Source: Syntrophorhabdaceae bacterium (GTDB taxonomy: Bacteria > Desulfobacterota > Syntrophorhabdia > Syntrophorhabdales > Syntrophorhabdaceae). Taken from it: DNA of 64,000 bases. A program made the translations under genes and the position numbers. The stretch lies in the NCBI GenBank assembly GCA_963666485.2, contig CAXXUO010000006.1, positions 55,406 through 119,405 on the forward strand. Reading direction: 5' to 3'. The notes under the pieces are model-generated. The model had not been told where the DNA came from. It ran no database searches and was given only the letters and a program-made list of their open reading frames with translations. Of this stretch, positions 56,916-64,000 are shown one piece after another (within the stretch, counting starts at the first letter, position 1; each line of letters begins with the position of its first letter).

Positions 56916-58505
56916 TTATCCCCAGGGCGGTTTGAGCGACGTATCTTTGTATTCGACGAGAAACGGTTCATCCCACGTAACAAGGTCTTTGAATAAAGCC
57001 TTAAGCCCGTCAAGACTGTCCGTCGCTACACCGCGTATACCGTAGGACGTGGCGAGCGCCACGAAGTCCGGGTTCTCGAGCTGCATCGAGCCGTCTATTC
57101 CGTAGCGGCTGTGAATGGCGTCTTCCAGTACGCCGTATCCCATGTTGTTATGCACGAAGATCACGACGGGTATCCTGTACTTGACGATCGTGGCGAGTTC
57201 GGCTGTCTGGGGGAGGATGCCGCCGTCGCCGCACAATGCGAGACACGGCAGGACAGGGCGGGCCAACTTTGCCCCGATCGCGGCGGAGAGGGAATAGAAG
57301 ATTGGCGATACGCCGCGCGGCATGAGGAAACTGCGCGGGAAATAGACGGGCAAATAACGCTCGGCCCAGTATGACGGGATGTTAAGGTCGCACACGATCA
57401 CGGTGTCATCGGGAACGGCATCGCGAATAAGCGAGACGAGGGTGTGGCCGGGCGCGCTCCGGAGGGATTCCTTCTCCGCCCGCCTCTTTTCCTTCAAGGC
57501 GGCGAGGTCCCACGCGAAGGTCCTGGCCCGGATGATGTCGGAAAGACCTTTGAGGGCCGCCTCAACATCGCCTGCAAAAGAAAGAACAGCGGGGTAATTC
57601 CTGTTCATCCACCTGTCGTCGACGTCGATATGTATGAGGTTGTGTATCCTGACTCCCTGCCTTTTCGAATCTGCATTCCTCAGACGGGTGCCGGCCGCAA
57701 TGACAATGTCCGCGGAATCGAGGATCTCACGAGAAACCCCGCCGGCCGTCACAGTGCCGAACGCGAAGGGCGACCGGTCGCTTACCATGCCTTTTCCGCC
57801 GGTGGATGTCAGGAACGGCACCCCTCGTGCAAGGATCTCCTCTACGACGGGTCCGGCACCGGAATGCATGAGCGCTCCTCCGCCGATGAGGACCGGTTTC
57901 GTCCTGTGACTCAGAATATCGTCGCATCCCCTGAGAAAATGGTTGAGGGGCACCTCCGGCCCGGGGACAGGGGAAAAAGGCTCGCTGTGCTGCCCCGGGG
58001 GCACCTCTTTTTCAAGGAGTGAGAAGGGGACTGAGACAAGGACCGGGCCCGTGCGGGGTTCGGTGCATCTTCTCAGCGCCGTATCGAGGAAATGACGGAG
58101 GTTGGCCGCCCCCGTGACCCTGAAGGTCCCCTTTGTAAAATACCGGAAGATATTCTCGGGTTTCTCGATCTCATGCAGGATACCTTTCCCGGCATCCTTG
58201 CGGTCCGTATCCACGTGCAGGATAAAAAGCGGGACATCATCCGAATATGCCTCCATGCACCCGGCTACGATATTGCCGAGCCCGGGGCCCGGGGTGACGA
58301 TGAGAACGGCCGGTTTACCCGAGGCCCGGGCGTAACCGTCCGCCATGAAAGCGCAATTTGCCTCATGGCGCGTCGTTATGGATTTGACGTTTTCCGCCCG
58401 GAAAAGTTCCGCAGTGAGGCTAAGCGTATGCAAACCGGGTAATTGGAAGATGCAGGATATATCATTTTCCAGAAAAAACTCTCTAATTACTTGTTTTCCT
58501 TGCAT
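56916..58505 (-). CDS. Thiamine diphosphate-binding enzyme (ALS-like; possibly a 2-oxoacid decarboxylase)
   Basis: RHEANCAFMADGYARASG, TPGPG, CGDGG..HNNMGYG. Confidence 0.88.
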   Translation of the reverse strand: MQGKQVIREFFLENDISCIFQLPGLHTLSLTAELFRAENVKSITTRHEANCAFMADGYARASGKPAVLIVTPGPGLGNIVAGCMEAYSDDVPLFILHVDTDRKDAGKGILHEIEKPENIFRYFTKGTFRVTGAANLRHFLDTALRRCTEPRTGPVLVSVPFSLLEKEVPPGQHSEPFSPVPGPEVPLNHFLRGCDDILSHRTKPVLIGGGALMHSGAGPVVEEILARGVPFLTSTGGKGMVSDRSPFAFGTVTAGGVSREILDSADIVIAAGTRLRNADSKRQGVRIHNLIHIDVDDRWMNRNYPAVLSFAGDVEAALKGLSDIIRARTFAWDLAALKEKRRAEKESLRSAPGHTLVSLIRDAVPDDTVIVCDLNIPSYWAERYLPVYFPRSFLMPRGVSPIFYSLSAAIGAKLARPVLPCLALCGDGGILPQTAELATIVKYRIPVVIFVHNNMGYGVLEDAIHSRYGIDGSMQLENPDFVALATSYGIRGVATDSLDGLKALFKDLVTWDEPFLVEYKDTSLKPPWG

Positions 58506-58524
58506 AAAATGCCTCAACGCATAA

Positions 58525-58602
58525 GTTTAGCATAGTAAACTTTAAAGTTAAATAAAAATATACTTGACAAAAAAATTCATTATTTTGTTTAATACTGTAA
58601 AC
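58525..58602. promoter_or_regulatory. Two palindromic operators GTTTA-N6-TAAAC in a divergent promoter region
   Basis: 58525-58540 and 58587-58602; TTGACA at 58564. Confidence 0.65.
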
Positions 58603-58623
58603 TTTTGGTAAGCGTATACTGTT

Positions 58624-59178
58624 ATGACAAAATCGGGCGAATTAAGCATAGGGGAGAAGATAAAGGTGCTTCGGCAGGCCAAGAACCTGACCCAGGAAGA
58701 ATTGGGCACACGGGCGGGTTTGACGAAGGGTTTTATATCGCAGGTGGAGCGGAACCTGACGTCGCTCTCTGTCGAAAGCCTGATCGGCATACTCGACGCG
58801 CTCGATGAGAAACCGTCGAATTTTTTCAGCGGTTCCCTGGATGAAAAGATCGTGTTCACGCTGGAAGACAGGGTCGATCTCGAGATAGACGGGGTGAAGG
58901 CCTTCCAGATACTTGTCCCGGCAGCGCAGAACAGGCTCCTCGACCCGGCACTCGTGGAACTTGCCCCCGGTGAGCGTACCCCCGAGGAAGAGCCGCATGA
59001 GGGTGAGGAGTTTGGCCTTGTTGTCGCCGGAAGCGTCGAGCTTGTGCTCGGCGGAAAACCTCAGAAGATTAAGAAAGGCGAATGTTTTTACTATAGAGCG
59101 ACGCGGAAGCATTACATCGTAAATAAGAAGAAGGGGCTGGCAGTATTGCTCTGGGTGTCATCACCCCCGAATTTCTAG
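58624..59178 (+). CDS. XRE-cupin regulator (PuuR-like)
   Basis: IGEKIKVLR..LTQEEL..LTKGFISQVERNLTS; HEGEEFG cupin. Confidence 0.9.
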   Translation: MTKSGELSIGEKIKVLRQAKNLTQEELGTRAGLTKGFISQVERNLTSLSVESLIGILDALDEKPSNFFSGSLDEKIVFTLEDRVDLEIDGVKAFQILVPAAQNRLLDPALVELAPGERTPEEEPHEGEEFGLVVAGSVELVLGGKPQKIKKGECFYYRATRKHYIVNKKKGLAVLLWVSSPPNF

Positions 59179-59339
59179 ACAGTCCGGGGTGCGTGATGAC
59201 AGGCATGATCATGAATAGGAAAGGGCTGCGGTATCGTATGCCCGTTACGTATAGGATGACGTCGATTGTGCGCGGCTTTCAAGGCCGCACCCGTGGATTT
59301 TGAGCTGCCCGGCTTTAAGAAAATTTGGGAGGTGCTGCC

Positions 59340-59813
59340 TTGATCATCAAAACACCCACAAAATTTTTTCTCGTCAGTGGTTCATCCGACGGTTTTTCGC
59401 TGCTCAACGCGTTTGACGGCGCACTGCTCGCTTCCGGGGTCGGTGACACGAATCTCGTAAGAATGAGCAGCATCCTCCCGCCCGGCTGTACGGAGATCAA
59501 GCCCCGGCCAAAGGCACTTCCCCAGGGCGCCCTCGTTCCCGTCGCGTATGCCGCGATAACGAGCGATGTCCCGGGTGAGACCATATCTGCCGCTGTCGCT
59601 ATAGGCATTCCCGAAGATGCAAGCCTCGCAGGCCTCATCATGGAATATTCTGCAAGGGCCGACGAGACAACCGTCCGCAGCCAGGTGATAAGAATGGTCG
59701 AGGCGGGGATGGAAACGCGCAAAAGGCCGATCAAAGAGGTCATGTCGATATCCTCTACGTTCACGGTCGGCAAGATGGGCGCAGCGTTCGCGGGCGTCGT
59801 TCTATGGGATTGA
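59340..59813 (+). CDS. pdaD: Pyruvoyl-dependent arginine decarboxylase (TTG start)
   Basis: LNAFDGALL..G..NLVRMSSILP self-cleavage motif; GGAGG SD. Confidence 0.88.
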   Translation: MIIKTPTKFFLVSGSSDGFSLLNAFDGALLASGVGDTNLVRMSSILPPGCTEIKPRPKALPQGALVPVAYAAITSDVPGETISAAVAIGIPEDASLAGLIMEYSARADETTVRSQVIRMVEAGMETRKRPIKEVMSISSTFTVGKMGAAFAGVVLWD

Positions 59814-59816
59814 TCC

Positions 59817-59935
59817 TCAGCTCCATATTAAAGCGCTGCCTTCGTTGTCTTCCTCGTCGCGCTCCTCGACGTACAGGAGTACGCCTGCGTCGGCTCCTCG
59901 TCGACGCCTCGGCATCATCTTTAATCTGGAGCTGA
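59817..59935. mobile_element. 119-bp MITE-like palindromic element
   Basis: 16/17-bp TIR TCAGCTCCATATTAAAG / CTTTAATCTGGAGCTGA; core CGACGTAC-N4-GTACGCCT. Confidence 0.6.
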
Positions 59936-59983
59936 AATAGAATTAGATTGCTTAAGATGTCTAGATTTTCGAGAGGTTGATGT

Positions 59984-60817
59984 ATGCATGGGGTTTTTCA
60001 TAATCAATTCATAGGGGCGAGGGAAGGGTCGTCATCGAATATTGTCCTGCTCGGGTGTCCGCTCGATATCACGTCCTCGTTCCGTAACGGGTCCAAATTC
60101 GGCCCGGAGAGCCTGCGCAAGGCATCATGGACATTGGAGACATACAGTCCTTACCTGGACATGGATCTCGAAGATATAGATTTTGTGGATACAGGCGACC
60201 TCGAACTTCCCCCGGGCAATCTCCTGAGATCCCTGGATATGATCGAAGAGGTCGCAGGCAACATCGCGGCAGATGGTTTAAGGCCGCTCTTCTTCGGGGG
60301 CGAACACCTCGTGACGTACCCGATAATGAAGGGGATAAGGAAGGTGTTCCCGGCATTGCAGGTGGTCCATTTTGATGCCCACTGTGATCTCAGGGACGAT
60401 TACGAGGGGCAGAAGCTGTCGCATGCCACGGCAATGAAACGCGTGGTTGAGCTCGGGGGCATCACCCTGCACCAGGTCGGGATACGTTCGGGGACACGGC
60501 AGGAATTCAGGGAACTGAACCCGGTTGCGTCGCCCGCCGAACTTAAAAAGTGCCTTCAATCGGAAATACCGCTCTACATAAGCTTTGATATCGACGTCTT
60601 CGACCCGTCGCTCGTCCCGGGCGTCACGACACCCGAGCCGGGAGGCCTTATGTTCAAAGAGGTCGTGGAATACCTGAAGGCATTGAAAGGCATGAAGATC
60701 ATAGGGGCCGACCTCGTCGAACTGGCGCCCGACTATGACAGCACGTTCGTCTCGTCCGTGTGTGCCGCAAAGGTTTCGCGTGAGATCATTATGCTCATCC
60801 ATTCGGGAGCTGTTTAA
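59984..60817 (+). CDS. speB: Agmatinase
   Basis: GGEHL, DAHCD, SFDIDVFDP..PGVTTPEPGG, DLVELAP. Confidence 0.9.
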   Translation: MHGVFHNQFIGAREGSSSNIVLLGCPLDITSSFRNGSKFGPESLRKASWTLETYSPYLDMDLEDIDFVDTGDLELPPGNLLRSLDMIEEVAGNIAADGLRPLFFGGEHLVTYPIMKGIRKVFPALQVVHFDAHCDLRDDYEGQKLSHATAMKRVVELGGITLHQVGIRSGTRQEFRELNPVASPAELKKCLQSEIPLYISFDIDVFDPSLVPGVTTPEPGGLMFKEVVEYLKALKGMKIIGADLVELAPDYDSTFVSSVCAAKVSREIIMLIHSGAV

Positions 60818-60847
60818 TACAGGAAATCACTCTGGCAGAGGTATGTT

Positions 60848-62086
60848 ATGAAAAGACCAAAAAGCGGAAAGATCATGATTATAGGGGGGCGGGCGGCGTC
60901 GCGACGGTTGCAGCGCACAAATGTGCCCAGGTGCCCGAGGTCTTCAAGGAGATCATGGTGGCGAGCAGGACGGAATCGAAATGCAAGGCGATCGCCGCCG
61001 ATCTCAAGAACCGTTACAATAAAGATATTCAGACAGCGGGCGTCGATGCGGACAATGTCCCCGAGCTTGCCGGGCTTATCGGATCGTTCAAACCCGATGT
61101 CGTCCTGAACCTTGCTCTTCCCTACCAGGACCTGCACATAATGGACGCATGCCTTCTCACGGGCGTCGATTACATCGACACGGCGAATTACGAGCCTCTC
61201 GATGAGGCACATTTTGAATACAGCTGGCAATGGGCGTACCAGGACCTTTTTAAGGGACAAAGGTATCATGGCCCTTCTCGGTTCGGGTTTCGACCCCGGC
61301 GTAACGAACATGTTCGCCGCATATGCCCAGAAGCATTTTTTTGACGAGATACAGTACCTCGACATCCTCGACTGCAACGCCGGCACGCACGGCCACGTGT
61401 TCGCGACGAATTTCAACCCCGAGATCAATATCCGGGAAGTGACCCAGGTGGTGCGCCACTGGGAGGAAGGGAAATGGATCGAGACCCCCGCGATCATCGA
61501 AGAGGGAAGCGTCCATTTCGGTTTTGACTACCCGGTGGCAGGTGTCAAAGACAGTTATCTCCTGTACCATGAAGAGCTTGAGTCGCTCGTCAGAAACCTG
61601 AAGGGGATCAAAAGGGCGCGGTTCTGGATGACCTTTTCGGAGAATTACCTGACGCATCTTAAGGTCCTCAAGAATGTCGGCATGACGAGGATAGACGAGA
61701 TCGAGTACGAGGGATGTAAAATAGTCCCGATACAGTTCCTGAAGGCCCTCCTGCCCGAACCGGCGTCGCTCGGCACGAAGTATACCGGCAAGACCGTCAT
61801 CGGCAACATCATGACCGGTACGAAGGACGGCAAGCCGCTCAGCCGGTATATCTACAACGTGTGCGACCACGAGGACGCCTTCAACGAAACGGGCACCCAG
61901 GCGATCGCCTATACGACCGGCGTCCCTGCCATGATCGGCGCAATGATGGTCATGACCGGCACCTGGCAGGGGGATGGCGTCTTCAACATGGAAGAGTTCG
62001 ACCCAGATCCCTTCATGGACAAGCTGAACCGGTACGGGCTTCCCTGGCAGGTCGTCGAGCACGCACCCCTTCCCGAAAAGGTCTAG
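60848..62086 (+). pseudogene. Carboxy(nor)spermidine dehydrogenase, with two G-run frameshifts (60884-60889; 61254-61256)
   Basis: IIG/AGGVATVAAHKCAQ, NLALPYQDL, DTANYEP, GSGFDPG, FATNFNPEINIRE spread over three frames; likely sequencing errors. Confidence 0.85.
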
Positions 62087-62094
62087 CACATCGC

Positions 62095-63429
62095 ATGCGC
62101 ACCGCCCGGCAAACCATAGACGCCATTCGCGCGGGCGACGTCGCGGGTGCCGCTTCCTATCACGAGCTCACAACGCGCGGGCGGCAGACGGTACTCCGGT
62201 CACTCGATGACGCGGGCCTTGCAGTATTGACACGCCTTATCAAGGATTCACGCCGAACTATTTTCCAGAAGGGTGAAGAGCAGTCCCGAGCTTTCGCAAA
62301 AAGCGGCATCAGGCGAACGCCCGTCTATCTCATTGGCGAAGACCTGATCGAAGAGAACATGCGGGTGCTGCGGTACGTGAAGGACCGTACAGGATGCCGG
62401 ATACTTCACGCGCTCAAGGCGTATGCCTCGTTTTCCACCTTTCCGGTCATGACGCCGTACCTTGACGGGGTGTGCGCGAGCGGCGCCTACGAAGCGCGCC
62501 TCGGGCGCGAGGAGTTCGGCAAAGAGGTCCACACCTTCGGCGCAGCCTACAAGAAGAGTGAAATACGGAATGTCCTGAAATATTCCGATGTCGTTATCTT
62601 CAATTCATTCCCTCAGCTTGACGTATACGGGGACATGGCCCGGAAGCAAAGACGGGCCGTCGGGCTCCGGGTAAACCCGGGTCATTCCGAGATAGAGACC
62701 CCGATGTATGACCCGTGCGCCCCCTGTTCGCGGCTCGGGATAGTTCACGAAGAATTCACGAGATCTTTCCCGTCCCGGTCTCATCGCGTCGACGGCCTGC
62801 ATTTCCACGCCATGTGCGAGCAGAACGCGGACGTTCTCGAAAGGGTCCTGTGGTCGTTCGAAGAATTATACGGGCACTGTATAAAAGGCCTCTCGTGGGT
62901 CAATTTCGGCGGTGGGCATCACGTCACCCGGGACGATTATGATATAGAGCTGCTCGTCAGGCTCATAAATGATTTCAAAGGAAAGTACGGCGTCGAAGTC
63001 TATCTCGAGCCGGGCGAGGCGTCAGTGTACCATGCGGGGTTCCTCGTATCGTCAGTCGTCGATATTGTGAGGAATGAAATGGATATCGCCATCATGGACA
63101 CCTCCGCAGAAGCGCACATGCCTGACGTGCTCCTTATGCCCTACCGTCCGCATATACTCGATTCTGCCGAACCCGGCGTCAAGGCCCACACATACCGCCT
63201 TGCCGGCCCCTCGTGCCTCGCCGGCGACACCATCGGGGACTACTCTTTTGACGCCCCCCTCGAACGGGGCGATAAGCTCATCTTCACAGATATGGCACTG
63301 TACAGCATCGTCAAAAACACCACATTCAACGGCATCCCCCTGCCAGATATCGCGGTCGTCAGAAAAGACGGTACCGTCGATACGGTCAGGCGGTTCGGGT
63401 ACAGAGATTATCGTAATAGACAGTCGTAA
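62095..63429 (+). CDS. nspC: Carboxy(nor)spermidine decarboxylase
   Basis: HALKAY, YDPCAPCSRLG, GLHFHAMCEQ, NFGGGHH, EPGEA, CLAGD, VKNTTFNG; start uncertain. Confidence 0.92.
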   Translation: MRTARQTIDAIRAGDVAGAASYHELTTRGRQTVLRSLDDAGLAVLTRLIKDSRRTIFQKGEEQSRAFAKSGIRRTPVYLIGEDLIEENMRVLRYVKDRTGCRILHALKAYASFSTFPVMTPYLDGVCASGAYEARLGREEFGKEVHTFGAAYKKSEIRNVLKYSDVVIFNSFPQLDVYGDMARKQRRAVGLRVNPGHSEIETPMYDPCAPCSRLGIVHEEFTRSFPSRSHRVDGLHFHAMCEQNADVLERVLWSFEELYGHCIKGLSWVNFGGGHHVTRDDYDIELLVRLINDFKGKYGVEVYLEPGEASVYHAGFLVSSVVDIVRNEMDIAIMDTSAEAHMPDVLLMPYRPHILDSAEPGVKAHTYRLAGPSCLAGDTIGDYSFDAPLERGDKLIFTDMALYSIVKNTTFNGIPLPDIAVVRKDGTVDTVRRFGYRDYRNRQS

Positions 63430-63435
63430 AAAAAA

Positions 63436-63788
63436 CCGTTCAACCGTTCAACCGTTCAACGCGAAAAACCAAACATTACACCGTTCAACCGTTCAACGCG
63501 AAAGACATCTGTCTTAATCGTCATTCCGTCGGCTTTTGCGGCGGAATCCAGTGTCTTTGTCTTTTCTAGAAATTGACTTTTACCTGAGAGTCGAAACTTA
63601 AAACCATATTTTTAAAGGCGCTGGATTCCGGCAAGCCGGAATGACGAAGCCTTTACACGTCAGAAGTATCCCGCGATTTTGCTTTGTCCGTCATCCCGGT
63701 GCTTGACACCGGGATCCAAGGTTTGCTTTTTTCGTTGAACTGTTGAACTGTTGAACTGTTGAACTGTTGAACTGTTGAACTGTTGAAC
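63436..63788. repeat. Inverted octamer arrays (CCGTTCAA)n/(TGTTGAAC)n enclosing a REP dimer (63519-63646) and a single REP (63689-63721)
   Basis: Read directly. Confidence 0.9.
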
Positions 63789-63890
63789 ATCTTTATTATT
63801 GAACACTTGCATTCCATTCCGTTTGATTCTTTTCACCCGGTACTTATGTTCCCTTATACACCCGGTATTACGGGTTAGGGGGAGGATCGT

Positions 63891-64000
63891 ATGAAACTAC
63901 CTGTTCCGCTCAAAGCGTTGCTTGTGACGTTCATCCTGCTGCTGCCTCTCGCTGCCGGTGCTCAGCAGTATGTTTACACGCAGCAACAGCTCGACGATCT
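63891..64000 (+). CDS. Partial secreted protein, probably DUF3300
   Basis: GGAGG SD; signal peptide followed by YTQQQLDDL; truncated by the window end. Confidence 0.55.
   Translation, partial: MKLPVPLKALLVTFILLLPLAAGAQQYVYTQQQLDD

Overview
This is a gene-dense chromosomal window from an anaerobic bacterium. Gene content suggests a Syntrophorhabdus-like Desulfobacterota, but that is inference only. About 59 CDSs can be supported. I found no rRNA, tRNA, CRISPR array or transposase. Four blocks: (1) 0.5-11 kb housekeeping and accessory genes (sirtuin, typA, cold-shock protein, MFS transporter), plus an aminotransferase preceded by an unannotated 28-aa leader peptide with six consecutive Tyr codons and alternative hairpins, i.e. 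a candidate tyrosine-sensing attenuator. (2) An ~36 kb anaerobic catabolic island (11.4-47.4 kb): SucCD-like ligase, AbfD-like dehydratase, TRAP transporter, CoA-transferase, MeaB, split B12 mutase and epimerase, two acyl-CoA dehydrogenases, FixABCX, hydantoinase/oxoprolinase AB, PaaK-like ligase, two xanthine-dehydrogenase-family Mo enzymes, a saccharopine-dehydrogenase-like enzyme, a class III aminotransferase and a MoaD-like carrier. It resembles, but extends, the anaerobic indoleacetate lactam/mutase pathway. One Mo subunit has a highly atypical active site. (3) A moxR-DUF58-transglutaminase operon and a DUF2156-thiF pair. (4) An arginine-to-spermidine (carboxyspermidine) pathway under a PuuR-like regulator. 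Intergenic spaces are filled with nested inverted 7/8-mer microsatellites, CGTC-type REP dimers and two MITE-like elements. Four G-run frameshifts in the last 13 kb are probably assembly errors.
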